NCBI GenBank assembly: GCA_965227515.1
Contig: CBDDFZ010000001.1
Span: 3,232,001 to 3,296,000 of the forward strand
Length of the DNA stretch: 64,000 nucleotides
DNA from: Alphaproteobacteria bacterium
Lineage (GTDB): Bacteria > Pseudomonadota > Alphaproteobacteria > CALKHQ01
Direction: 5' to 3'
The position numbers were made by a program, and so were the translations under genes. Under the pieces are notes generated by a model. That model ran no database searches and was not told the origin of the DNA. It was given only the letters and a program-made list of their open reading frames with translations. Shown here piece after piece: positions 28,457 to 38,230 of the stretch. How positions within the stretch are numbered: position 1 is the first letter of the stretch; the number at the start of each line of letters is the position of its first letter.

Positions 28457-29695
28457 ATGGGCCACGCCATTGTGGTGGGTGGGTCGCTGGGCGGCCTGTT
28501 TGCGGGCTGCAACCTGCGGAAGATCGGCTGGGACGTGACCGTCCTGGAGCGCACGGCGGGCGAGCTCACCGGGCGCGGCGCCGGCCTGGGCGTTCACGCG
28601 CCGATGGTGCAGACCCTGCTGGCGGCTGGGTGCCACGTGGATACGACGCTTGGCGTCCCGATCCCCGGGCGGGTGTGCTTCGCGCGCGACGGCAGCGAGC
28701 TTGCGCGCATCGACATGCCGCAGTTCGGTATCTCGTGGGGCAAGCTCTATGCCCTGCTCAGTGAGGTGTTTCCAGCCGAGCACATCCGCCGCGGTGCCGC
28801 GGTGCAGTCCGTGGAGCAGGACGCGGATGGCGTGACCGCGCACCTTGAGGATGGCTCCACCGTGCACGGCGACATCCTGATCGGCGCCGATGGCGTGCGC
28901 TCCGCCGTGCGCCGTCAATTCCTGCCCGAGGTCTCGTTCGAATATGCCGGCTATATCTGCTGGCGCGGGCTGACGCCCGAAGCAGCGCTCTCCCCCGAGG
29001 CGCACGCCAAGCAGTTCAACATCTTCGCGTTCGCAATCCCGGAGGGCGAGCACATCCTTGGCTACCCGGTCCCGGGCGACAACGAGGACGTGCGCCCCGG
29101 CCACCGTTGCTACAACGTGGTCTGGTACCGGCCCGTCGACCCGAACAACGGCCTTAAGGACATGCAGACCGATGCCGAGGGCAACTACTATCCGGACGGC
29201 ATTCCACCCCATCTGATCCGGCGCGACGTGGTCGAGCGGATGTACCGCGATGCCGAAGCGTCGTTGCCGAAGGCCTATGTGGAGTTCGTGAAGGCCATTC
29301 CGCAGCCCCTGTTCCAGCCGATCGGCGACCTTGAGTCGCCCCGCATGTCGTTCGGCCGGGTGGCGACGCTGGGCGATGCCGCCTTCACCGCCCGCCCCCA
29401 TGTCGCGCAGGGCGCCATCAAGGCCGGGTTCGATGCGATGGAACTTGCCGCGTCGTTGAGCGCGGAAGACAGTGTGGAGGCTGGGCTCGCCCGCTATGAC
29501 TCGATCCGCCAGCCGGCCAGCCAGGCGGTGGTCGAGGAGTCGCGCCGGCTGGGCGCCTATCTGGAAGGCAAGCTCGGCAAGATCGACCGCGATCCGGAGA
29601 AGGTGCTGCGCGACAATGGCGGGGTGAACGATGACGATGCCAACGCCGATGGCGGGGTGATGATCGGCCTGCTGAAGGAACTGGGTTACGCTTGA
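28457..29695 (+). CDS. FAD-dependent monooxygenase (group A; 2,6-dihydroxypyridine hydroxylase-like)
   Basis: IVVGGSLGGL, GRGAGL, IGADGVRS.VR, YAGY..WRG, N.VWY, QPI.DL, LGDAAF.ARPH. RBS ggagg before ATG 28457. Confidence 0.9.
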   Translation: MGHAIVVGGSLGGLFAGCNLRKIGWDVTVLERTAGELTGRGAGLGVHAPMVQTLLAAGCHVDTTLGVPIPGRVCFARDGSELARIDMPQFGISWGKLYALLSEVFPAEHIRRGAAVQSVEQDADGVTAHLEDGSTVHGDILIGADGVRSAVRRQFLPEVSFEYAGYICWRGLTPEAALSPEAHAKQFNIFAFAIPEGEHILGYPVPGDNEDVRPGHRCYNVVWYRPVDPNNGLKDMQTDAEGNYYPDGIPPHLIRRDVVERMYRDAEASLPKAYVEFVKAIPQPLFQPIGDLESPRMSFGRVATLGDAAFTARPHVAQGAIKAGFDAMELAASLSAEDSVEAGLARYDSIRQPASQAVVEESRRLGAYLEGKLGKIDRDPEKVLRDNGGVNDDDANADGGVMIGLLKELGYA

Positions 29696-32304
29696 TCGCG
29701 CCCGTTGTCGTGGGGGTGGGCGTCGTCCTCCGGCGCCACCGCCGGGAAGATGGCGTGAACGATGGTGCCGCGGCCCCGGTTGCTGCGAATCCAAAGCCGG
29801 CCGCCGTGCTTCTCCGTCGCCAGCTTGGCGATCGGCAGGTCCAGGCAGACACCGCTGTTGCGCTCGTCCAGCCGGCTCCCCTGGTCGTGCGGCGGCAGCA
29901 CCACACTGTCCAGCTCGCTCTCGTCGAAGTCTGAGCTGGCATCGGCCACGCTGATCGAAAGCCCCAACCGCTTCTCGCGTCGTGGCACGATCAGAATGGT
30001 TCCGCGCGGCGGCGTGAAGCGCACCGCATTGGCCACCAACCCGTCGATGATCTTGCGCAACAGTCCGGAATCGCCCACCAGCGGTGGCAGATCGCTGTCC
30101 CCGGCCAGGCTCAGGGCAATCGACTTCGCCTTCGCCTTGTCCTGGTGCTCGGCGCAGACCTCCTTCAGGATCGGCAGCACGTCGAACGCCTCGGACTCGT
30201 CGCGAAGCGAGTGCGCGTCGATTTCCACGACCTCCAGGATCGTCTCGATAACCTCCAGCAGGTGCTGCCCGCTGTTGTGGATGTCATCGACGTAGCTCTG
30301 GTAGCGGCTGTCGCCCAGCGGCCCGTAGGGCGCCGACTGGATGATCTCCGAAAAGCCGATCACCGCGTTCAGCGGCGTGCGCAGCTCATGGCTCATCATG
30401 GTCAGGAATTCGCTCTTGGCGGCGTTGGCGCGACGGGCAGCGGCCTCGGCGGTGCGGCGCGCCGTGACATCTCGGATCACGAACGCGAACACGTGGTCCC
30501 GGTCGTGATAGAGCGTGCTGACGGCCACGTCGGCCTCAAAGGTCTGGCCGCTGCGGCGCCGGCCATCCAGGGTCTGGATGCCGCCTGCCTCGACCAAATG
30601 CACCGCAAGCGGCTTCTTCGGATCGGGCGCATCCAGCCGCGGGTCGATGAGCAGATCGGACAGCGGTGTCGGCCGCTCGCCGCTCGGTTTCAGGCCGAAC
30701 AGGTCCGCGGCGGCCTGGTTGTATGTCATCAGCCAGCCGTCGCTGTCGGTGGCGACGATCGCGTCGAAGGTGTTTTGCATGATGTCGCGCATCAGGCGGT
30801 TCACCTTCAAGGTGGCGTCGCGGTCTCTTTCCTCGCGCCGGTAGCTCGCATAGCCGATGACGATGGCCACCGCGACCGTGGCGGCGATGGGGAAACTGAC
30901 ATCGACGAGCAGGTCGGAAAGGTAGGCGATGCCGAACCCGACAACCGCGATTGCCGCGATCACGCCGATGCCCACGCCCAACTGACGGCGCGCCCGCATG
31001 CGCGGAAGGGTCATCACCAGCGCCAGCCCGAGCAGCAATGTGATGCCGAATTCGGCCATGACCACCTGTGGCGGCCGCGACAGATAGGTGTCGGACATCA
31101 GCGCGTCGATGGACTGGGCCATCAGTTCGACCCCCGGAACCGCCGGGCCATGCGACGAGGTGCCGACGTCGGCCAGGCCCTGCGCGGTGGAGCCGATAAT
31201 GACGATGCGGTCGTCCAGGCGCGCCGGGTCGTAGTCCCCGGCAAGCACGGCCCAGGCCGGCAGCCGGCGTTCCGTTGCAATCGGTCCCGGTCGAAGCCAG
31301 ATCGAGCCGTTGGCGCCGGTGTTGATGACACGGTCGCCGATCTGGACGGCGCTTACGCCCCAGTATCCGTCGGTGCGCAGCTCCACCTGTTCCACGCCCA
31401 GGGCAACACGCATGATCTCGAGCGGGAATCCCGGCAGCACCATGGGGCCGGATCGCGCGACCAGCGGCAGACGGCGGATCACACCGTCGCGATCCTGCGG
31501 CACGCTCAGATAGCCGCTGCCGACCGCCACGGCCTCCAGGACCGCGATGTTGCGGACCCGGCTGGACGCACTGGGCAGGAACTCGGCCGGGTTGTCCCCC
31601 GCCACCTGCAGGGATGGTGCAACGGCCAGCACGGAGCCAGCAGCGGACGAGCGCCCGAAGATGGCATCGCCCAACACCACCGGTGCCTCCGCCAGCGCAT
31701 CGGCGAAAACGGCATCGGAGTCCGGCATCTCCGCCGCGCGCGCGGCCACATCCGGCGCATAATCGCCAAGCGCCTGCGCCATCGCCTGTGGCGACATGCG
31801 GTCCGCTTCCACGAACATGATGTCGAAGCCGATAGCGCGCGGCCGCGCCGTGTTGATGCCCCGGGTCAACTCCGCCATCATCATGCGCGGCCAGGGCCAC
31901 TGGCCGTGGCGGGTCAGGCTTTCCTCGTCGATGTCGATGACGACGACATCCGGCTGGATGGGGTCGATCAGGCCGAGCAAGCCGATCGTGATGTCGAAGC
32001 CGATGTTGCGCAGGTACTGCTGCAATGGCGGATCGATGGCACGCACGGCGAACACGGTCATCAGCGCCAGCATCGCGACCAGGAACGCCGGGCGCACCAA
32101 GGGGGGTACCCTCTGGGTTCGCGCTATCGTCTCGCCCGCAATCGGCGCATGGTGAGGCGTAGCCCCCGCGGTCACAATGTTATCCGTGGCCACGATACGC
32201 GCCTGTGCGTTGGTCCGATCCCCCGCCGCTTTGCCGCAAGCCACGCCAAGTAAGCGGCGGGTGCCAAGAACAAGCCCCGTCGCCGACCAATTCCATATCG
32301 GCAA
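29686..32304 (-). CDS. CHASE2-PAS-HisKA-HATPase sensor histidine kinase (degenerate ATPase boxes)
   Basis: VVVIDIDEESL...GQWPWPR, GFDIMF.E.DR, D.DGVIRR.P, PGVE..AQ, 3 TMs, PAS (N.AA..LFG), H-box MSHELRTPLNAVIGF. Start is uncertain. Confidence 0.9.
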   Translation of the reverse strand: MPIWNWSATGLVLGTRRLLGVACGKAAGDRTNAQARIVATDNIVTAGATPHHAPIAGETIARTQRVPPLVRPAFLVAMLALMTVFAVRAIDPPLQQYLRNIGFDITIGLLGLIDPIQPDVVVIDIDEESLTRHGQWPWPRMMMAELTRGINTARPRAIGFDIMFVEADRMSPQAMAQALGDYAPDVAARAAEMPDSDAVFADALAEAPVVLGDAIFGRSSAAGSVLAVAPSLQVAGDNPAEFLPSASSRVRNIAVLEAVAVGSGYLSVPQDRDGVIRRLPLVARSGPMVLPGFPLEIMRVALGVEQVELRTDGYWGVSAVQIGDRVINTGANGSIWLRPGPIATERRLPAWAVLAGDYDPARLDDRIVIIGSTAQGLADVGTSSHGPAVPGVELMAQSIDALMSDTYLSRPPQVVMAEFGITLLLGLALVMTLPRMRARRQLGVGIGVIAAIAVVGFGIAYLSDLLVDVSFPIAATVAVAIVIGYASYRREERDRDATLKVNRLMRDIMQNTFDAIVATDSDGWLMTYNQAAADLFGLKPSGERPTPLSDLLIDPRLDAPDPKKPLAVHLVEAGGIQTLDGRRRSGQTFEADVAVSTLYHDRDHVFAFVIRDVTARRTAEAAARRANAAKSEFLTMMSHELRTPLNAVIGFSEIIQSAPYGPLGDSRYQSYVDDIHNSGQHLLEVIETILEVVEIDAHSLRDESEAFDVLPILKEVCAEHQDKAKAKSIALSLAGDSDLPPLVGDSGLLRKIIDGLVANAVRFTPPRGTILIVPRREKRLGLSISVADASSDFDESELDSVVLPPHDQGSRLDERNSGVCLDLPIAKLATEKHGGRLWIRSNRGRGTIVHAIFPAVAPEDDAHPHDNGRDQA

Positions 32305-32434
32305 TCCGATATCGGCAACGCGCTGCGGCGTCGTCCGCTTCTTTACCTATTCTGGGCAACTTGGCTCTCGGTATTCCTGACCCGCTTGGCGCTTCCTGCT
32401 ACAGCACCATTGTGCGCGGCGCCAAGCATGCCCT

Positions 32435-33475
32435 CTATTGTACCGAAACTTCAACCCGGCGGTTGCGCGGTTCGTCCACGTTGTCGGCCGTGGGCACCAC
32501 AGGGCTGCTCTCGCCGAGCGACGTCGCATCGATCGCATCGGCCTCAATGCCGGCCGCGATCAACGCCTGTCGAACCAGTTCGGCCCGCCGGGTCGACAGC
32601 GCGACATTTCCGGCCGGCGCCCCGACAGTATCCGTGTGGCCGGTGACGATCACGCTCTGCACCGGCCGGGACGCCGCCAGGGCGGCAATTTCCGGCAACT
32701 GCGCCTCGGATTCCTCGGTCAGCACTGACGTGCCGGGCTCGAAATAGAGGGTGAAGTGCACCGGATCGTCCGGTTCCGCCTCCAATGCCTCTCCGAACAC
32801 CTCGCCGACCGTTTCGTCTTCGACTTCCGCTACCGGGGCGGCATCGCCGGTGCGCGCGATGGTGCCCTCGCCGACGTCATCCACTTCGATCTCGCCATCC
32901 GGGGTGCCCACGGTCACCGCCGATGGGCCCTGGTCCGGTGGCTCCAGCAGAACGACCATCGCGCCCTGGAGCTGGGCTTCCGCACGCTCCAGCGATTCCA
33001 GGAAGGCGGCGCGGCACGCCTCCATATCCTCCGGCTGGCGGTTCTCTTCCAGCTCCTGCATCAGGCAGTCGTAGCGCGCCTGCGCACGGGCTGCATCGTC
33101 CGGCGCGAACTCCTTTGCGCCGTTGGTCAGGGCACGCATCAGGCGGACGCGCGCGTCGATCATCGGCTGGACCTGGTCTTCCGGCAGATCCCGAAACGCC
33201 ACGTCTTCCGGTTCAACCGTTTCGCCCGCCGCCACCAATTGCGCACGCAGGTAGAAGGTTTCGCCGTCGCGCCAATCCTGTTCGGCGACCTCCTCTGCCG
33301 CGACCTCCAGATATCCCCGATACAGGGCCTGATCGAACGGCGACAGGCCGTCGGGAATGTCCGCGGCGTCGTCGAGCTGGCGCTGCCCGATTGCGCAACC
33401 GGCCATGGCGAGCACCATGGCGGCCACGGCAACAAACCTAGCGCAGTGGCGCAATTTCGGCGCGCCCACGATCAT
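32435..33475 (-). CDS. OmpA-family peptidoglycan-binding lipoprotein
   Basis: Lipobox LAMAGC, LYFE.G...L, VTGHTDTVG, N..LS.RRA..V, GES.P, NRRVEV. Confidence 0.92.
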   Translation of the reverse strand: MIVGAPKLRHCARFVAVAAMVLAMAGCAIGQRQLDDAADIPDGLSPFDQALYRGYLEVAAEEVAEQDWRDGETFYLRAQLVAAGETVEPEDVAFRDLPEDQVQPMIDARVRLMRALTNGAKEFAPDDAARAQARYDCLMQELEENRQPEDMEACRAAFLESLERAEAQLQGAMVVLLEPPDQGPSAVTVGTPDGEIEVDDVGEGTIARTGDAAPVAEVEDETVGEVFGEALEAEPDDPVHFTLYFEPGTSVLTEESEAQLPEIAALAASRPVQSVIVTGHTDTVGAPAGNVALSTRRAELVRQALIAAGIEADAIDATSLGESSPVVPTADNVDEPRNRRVEVSVQ

Positions 33476-34062
33476 GACACCGAGATCGCGAACCGCGTGC
33501 CGCGGATGCCGATGACGCCGAACGGAGTCTCGAAGATTACGTTCTCCGGTGCGATCTCACCGATCTCACCCGTGGTCACCACCAGGGTGCCCTCCATGAT
33601 GGCGCCAATGAGCGAGAAGTTCTGGGCGATCGGGTCCATTTCGTACACCACGAGGGTGAATACGCTGTTGGGCCCCAACGACAGCAGCGTGTCGTCCTTG
33701 AGCGTGATGCCGACCGACCCGTCGGTCGATGTCACGACGGTATCGCCGGCATTGACGATAGAGCCGCTGGTCAGCGCGATATTGCTGCCCGAGCGCTCGA
33801 CATGGACCTGCCCGGAAATGGTCATCACCACACCCGCGGCACGGCTCTGTGCGAAGCTGGATTCGCTGGTCAGGGCCAGCAGCAACAGTGCCCCGCCCAA
33901 GAACGCCATTGTGCGGGCCAACACTATTGAATTTGAAAGTAGTAGCCGCGCCACTAAGGGCCTCGTGCGAAAGTGTGCCGCGACACCGCCGGCTGGCAAC
34001 CTGTTTGTGAGGGGCATTGGATTGGCATTTTTCTTGGTTAACATGGCGAATTGGGTCCGCAC
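33472..34062 (-). CDS. FecR domain protein
   Basis: GDTVVT..DG.V.ITLKD.T...LGPNS, G.L...TG.I, TP.G.IGIRGT.F. Start uncertain (possibly 33909). Confidence 0.85.
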   Translation of the reverse strand: MRTQFAMLTKKNANPMPLTNRLPAGGVAAHFRTRPLVARLLLSNSIVLARTMAFLGGALLLLALTSESSFAQSRAAGVVMTISGQVHVERSGSNIALTSGSIVNAGDTVVTSTDGSVGITLKDDTLLSLGPNSVFTLVVYEMDPIAQNFSLIGAIMEGTLVVTTGEIGEIAPENVIFETPFGVIGIRGTRFAISVS

Positions 34063-34420
34063 GCTTGTTCAATACGATGCTCCCCGCCCCGCCCGGCAAC
34101 CTACCATAATGTAATCGCCAGTCCACAACCAGGGTCGTTTCAGAGGTCATCATTCTTGAACTTCGCGGACTTCAGGCGAGGCGATTTGCGCGGGAAATGC
34201 CACCGCGTTGACGTTGGCAAGAGGGGCCTTGCCGGCCGCCGCAGGCAGAACGGCGCCACTGCCGATTGAATTTCTTGCCCGCCACGGCGGCCCCGGACCG
34301 GCTGACTTTGAAATCTGAGCGTAAAGATACGGCAACGAACTGGTCATCGGATCCGAATCTGGCTAGGGTGCACTTCCAGATCGCCTGATTCGCAAACACA
34401 AGATGCTGTGTCGCGGCGAC

Positions 34421-34496
34421 TGGACGGTGGCAGATTTGGCAATGCACTCGGCTGTTCACCGAGACCATCCTGGTTCGAGCCCAGGCCGTCCAACCA
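34421..34496 (+). tRNA. Atypical tRNA with GTT (Asn) anticodon
   Basis: Exactly 76 nt. Acceptor TGGACGG/CCGTCCA, U8, D-stem GCA/TGC with A14, G18G19, A21, anticodon stem CTCGG/CCGAG, loop CT-GTT-CA, T-stem CCTGG/CCAGG with TTCGA, encoded CCA. Confidence 0.85.
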
Positions 34497-34618
34497 ACCG
34501 GACGAGACTTTGCCAAACGTCCCCCTACCCCCTTAGCGCGAGTGGTTGCGTCTAGCTGAATTGGCTACGATGAAGTCGCGTTCGCCTACGATCGGCCGCG
34601 TTTCCTGACACGTACGCA

Positions 34619-34658
34619 AGAAAAAGGGCACCGCCAGCCGTGCCGGCGATGCCCTTTG
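34619..34658 (-). terminator. Intrinsic terminator of the L,D-transpeptidase gene
   Basis: aaaaagggcaccgcc...ggcgatgcccttt hairpin; the A run reads as a U tract on the minus strand. Confidence 0.65.
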
Positions 34659-34675
34659 CTAGCCCGTAAACGAGG

Positions 34676-36388
34676 TCAGTTGGCGGCGATCTGCGTGTCG
34701 CTGGCAGCCGCCACGCTCGCAATGATCTCGCTCACCAGCCGCGAGTCCCGGTCGTAGATGTCGCGACGGAACTGGACGCTGCCGTCATCGCCGACCCAAG
34801 CGGTCTGGTAGGTGATGTAGACCGGAAGCGTCTGCGCCAGGCTGATATCCCGGGTGCGGCCCGAATTGATCAGGGTGGAAATCCGCTCCCGCGTGTAGGA
34901 CGGGTCCACGCCAAGCACGAACTCGGCCAGGTCCAACGGGTGCTGCACCCGGATGCAGCCGTGGCTGAACATCCGTGTCGTGCGCTGGAACAGCGGCTGG
35001 GTCGGCGTGTCATGCAGGTAGACGGCATGCCCATTGGGGAACATGAACTTGATGTTGCCCAAGGCGTTGCCGACACCCGGCTCCTGCCGCAGCGAATATG
35101 GGAACGTACGGCCGGCGTAGGAGGCCCAGTCGATCAGGATCGGATTGATCTCGCTGCCGCCCGAATAGATGCGAATGTTCCGGTTCAGCAGATAGAACGG
35201 GTCGTTGATCAGGGCCGGCAGATATTCCTCCGTGGCGATGCTCGACGGCACGTGCCAGTAGGGGTTCATCTGGACGTATTCCATGCTGTCGTTGAACACC
35301 GGGGTTTGGTTTTCCTGGGTGCCCACGATCACCCGCATGGTCAACTGCTCGGTGCGCGAGGCGTCGTACGCCGTCAGATGGAAGCCCGGCACATTCACCA
35401 TGATGTACCGGTCGCCCAGTTCGCGGGGCAACCAGCGCCAGCGCTCCAGGCCGACCTCCAGTTGCTCGATGCGGTCCTCGATCGGAGTATTCAACTCCGC
35501 GAAGGTGCGCGGGCCGACGACGGCATCGACCAGCAGGCCGTGCCGCTCCTGGAACAGCTTGACCGCATCGGCCAAGCCCTGGTCGTAAGCATTCGGGTCG
35601 GAGACCTGATCGGCCGGCACGGTGTATTCGCCGGTTACCCGCAGGCGGTCGCGCAGCGCGGCAACGGCGTTGCCGTAGTCGCCCGGCTCCAGGTTGCTGC
35701 CTTCGGGCACCTGCGGCCAGCCGCCGGCGGCGGCCAAGGCCCGGTAGGCCTCAAGCGCCTCTTGGATGCGCGCATATTGCGGATGCGTCGGCGCCATTGC
35801 GGCAATCGCTTCTTCGACCGCGCCAGTGTCCGCGGCATAGCGCAGAGGCTGCAACAACGCCCGGTTCGGCTCGTGGATACGCACGCCGCCATACTGCTCG
35901 CCCTGGCGATAGCGGCCTTCCATCACATTGATGCCGAAGTCCACAAACGCCTCGGTCAAGCTGAGTTCGAGAAGCGCCAGATCCTCCGCCTCGGTCGAAT
36001 TCATCAGCGCGTCCAAATTGGCCGGCAGATAGTTCACCGAATGGAGGCCATGGCTCGCAGCATCGCCCAGCGCCTCATACAACGCCCAGCCGGCCTCATT
36101 CAGCCCCTCGTCATTGGTCCACGCAGGCGCATATTGGCGTCCGACATAGAACTCCGACACCGTCTGTTGCACCTGCAGATCGCCCGCGCTGAGCAGCGTG
36201 GCCAGATACTCCGCGACGCCGCCGACAACGGCTACGTCGGCAACCGCCGCGTCACCCTGATTCTCGACATCGACCCGCACTTCGGCCATTGCCGTTGCCG
36301 AGCCTCCGGCGATCGAAAGGGCGACAAGCGCCGCAGCTGTGCGCCTGCAGCGCTGGTTCAGTTCTGCTCTGAAATCCAATCGGATCAC
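34676..36388 (-). CDS. L,D-transpeptidase, YcbB/LdtD type, with PG-binding domain
   Basis: FQERHGL..D.VVG..T (PG_binding_1), ERWRW, VNVP.F.L, VIVG, NPYW.VP, RQEPG..NALG.IKF.FPN..VYLHDTP, FSHGCIRV. Confidence 0.93.
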   Translation of the reverse strand: MIRLDFRAELNQRCRRTAAALVALSIAGGSATAMAEVRVDVENQGDAAVADVAVVGGVAEYLATLLSAGDLQVQQTVSEFYVGRQYAPAWTNDEGLNEAGWALYEALGDAASHGLHSVNYLPANLDALMNSTEAEDLALLELSLTEAFVDFGINVMEGRYRQGEQYGGVRIHEPNRALLQPLRYAADTGAVEEAIAAMAPTHPQYARIQEALEAYRALAAAGGWPQVPEGSNLEPGDYGNAVAALRDRLRVTGEYTVPADQVSDPNAYDQGLADAVKLFQERHGLLVDAVVGPRTFAELNTPIEDRIEQLEVGLERWRWLPRELGDRYIMVNVPGFHLTAYDASRTEQLTMRVIVGTQENQTPVFNDSMEYVQMNPYWHVPSSIATEEYLPALINDPFYLLNRNIRIYSGGSEINPILIDWASYAGRTFPYSLRQEPGVGNALGNIKFMFPNGHAVYLHDTPTQPLFQRTTRMFSHGCIRVQHPLDLAEFVLGVDPSYTRERISTLINSGRTRDISLAQTLPVYITYQTAWVGDDGSVQFRRDIYDRDSRLVSEIIASVAAASDTQIAAN

Positions 36389-36721
36389 AGTGACCTCCGA
36401 GATGAATGGTCCGCTTTTTCAACCGGCGGACGAGAAGCGTGGCGTAACGTGTCAGCCTAGGGCCTGATTCAAGCGCGCAACCTACCGATTACTCCAACAC
36501 CCGGCAAGGCGCTTCGTTTCACTCTAAGGAGAGCAGCCACCCTCTTCCACTTGCGCCACACGCCGCCAGTCTGCACATTGGCGCGCCCTACAAGGCCAGC
36601 GCCGCGTGTGCCGTTGCAGTTGGCTATGGAACAAGATTTTGGCGAAATCTGGAGCGCATGTTTGCCGGGCCACGGAATCTAGGGTGGTCTTGCCGATAAG
36701 GGAAACTGGGGAACGACGCCG

Positions 36722-37198
36722 ATGAGGAGATGGATGGCCGCGATGGCGGCGGGATGTGCGATCGCGATGACCGGCTTGGCCGCCGGCAGCGCGGAAGCCG
36801 GCGGAACGATCGTGACGGCGCAGGGCGAGTTGCCGTTCGACGGCCTGTTCGTCAACGATGTCGGCGCGCTGGACGTCACCTCGTTCGGGGCGCGGATGAG
36901 CATCGTGTTCAAGTCCGTCAGCCAGATCGAGTTCGTCAGCGTCGAGCCGGAGAACCAGGTCGCCACCATTCGAATCACCTTCCACGACGGCTACGCGATG
37001 CCGGCCGAGTTCCCCCTGGCCGAGAACACGCCGTGGCTGGTGATCGGCAGCTACGGTCACGCGTTCTACGACCTGGATGCGCTGATGGCCGGCGCGATCG
37101 ACCGCATCGAATTCGACCCGCCGGAGGACGAGGGCAGCGAGGGCGACGGCGAAGGAGACGAAGGCGCCGATAACGGTGCCTCCGGCGACGCGGGCTGA
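36722..37198 (+). CDS. Hypothetical secreted protein with acidic tail
   Basis: Signal peptide ending SAEA, host-like codon usage. No family recognised. Confidence 0.65.
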   Translation: MRRWMAAMAAGCAIAMTGLAAGSAEAGGTIVTAQGELPFDGLFVNDVGALDVTSFGARMSIVFKSVSQIEFVSVEPENQVATIRITFHDGYAMPAEFPLAENTPWLVIGSYGHAFYDLDALMAGAIDRIEFDPPEDEGSEGDGEGDEGADNGASGDAG

Positions 37199-37234
37199 CC
37201 GGCCGTCGCCGCGGTGAGCCGCCCCGGTCCTGCA

Positions 37235-38152
37235 ATGCCGCACCTCGCCACCGACGCGACCGAACTCTTCGGCATCGTTCCCAGCCTGAACACACCGTTC
37301 GACGCCGACAACGGCATCGACGAGCCGTCCATTCCCCGGCTGATCGACTACGTCACCGACGCGGGCTGCGCCGGCGCCCTCACCCTGGCCGCGGCCGGCG
37401 AGACCGTGCACCTGAGCGCGCCGGAATGGCATCGCATCGCGGACGCCACTTGCGCCGCAGCGGCGGGCCGGCTGCCGATCCTGCTGTCGGTCACCGCGCC
37501 CGATCTGGAGGCGAGCCTGGAGCGCGCCCGCGCCGCGCGGCGCCTGAAGGTCATGGGCATATTGTGGCAGCCGCCGGCCGCGTTCGGACGCGATGAAATC
37601 GGCGATGGGATGGTGCGGCTGAGCGATGAGGGCATCGGTTCGGTGATGCTGCAGGACCTGGATTTTGTCGGCAACGGCTATCCGGTCGCCTGGATCGGCG
37701 GCTGGTTCGACGCGGTCGAGGGTTTCACCAGCATCAAGATCGAGAACAACGATGCGGGCCCGAAATACACCGCCGTCCAGGAGATAACCGGCGACAAGCT
37801 GCACATCACCGGCGGCTGGGCGGTGCGTACGATGATCGACGCCATGGAGCGCGGGGTCGCCGCCTTCATCCCCACGGGCATGGAGCCGGTGTACGTGGCA
37901 ATCGACCGGTGGTGGCGCGCCGGCGAACGGGCACGTGCCGAGGCGCTGTTCCGCGCCGCCTTCCCTGCCCTGGACTTCGCCACCCGCAACCTCGAGCACT
38001 CGATCCGCTTCTTCAAGCGCATGCGGCTCAAGACAGGTATCTTCTCCACCGACCGGGTGCGCGTGGACCCTCCGGTACTCAGCCCGGAGGACGCGGCCGA
38101 GGCCGACCGCCTGATCGCGCTTGCCGGCGCGTTGGAGGCCGGGCTGGACTGA
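37235..38152 (+). CDS. Dihydrodipicolinate synthase/KDG aldolase-like (DapA family) protein
   Basis: GIVPSLNTPF..D..ID, AAAGE...LS..E, MLQD, Schiff-base Lys in SIKIE. Confidence 0.85.
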   Translation: MPHLATDATELFGIVPSLNTPFDADNGIDEPSIPRLIDYVTDAGCAGALTLAAAGETVHLSAPEWHRIADATCAAAAGRLPILLSVTAPDLEASLERARAARRLKVMGILWQPPAAFGRDEIGDGMVRLSDEGIGSVMLQDLDFVGNGYPVAWIGGWFDAVEGFTSIKIENNDAGPKYTAVQEITGDKLHITGGWAVRTMIDAMERGVAAFIPTGMEPVYVAIDRWWRAGERARAEALFRAAFPALDFATRNLEHSIRFFKRMRLKTGIFSTDRVRVDPPVLSPEDAAEADRLIALAGALEAGLD

Positions 38153-38230
38153 TGCCGTAGCCGCGTTGACAGCCGGCACCACCGCTCCCAAGATGCCCGA
38201 AAACATGAGGAAACGCCGAGAGGAACGCCG

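Noticed and set aside
34330-34500. Permuted tmRNA or guanidine/ZTP riboswitch reading of this region
   Set aside because: No GGGGGC acceptor strand or ANDN-like tag frame. The ctagggt and gcgactgg words lack the rest of those aptamers, and the standard cloverleaf explains 34421-34496.
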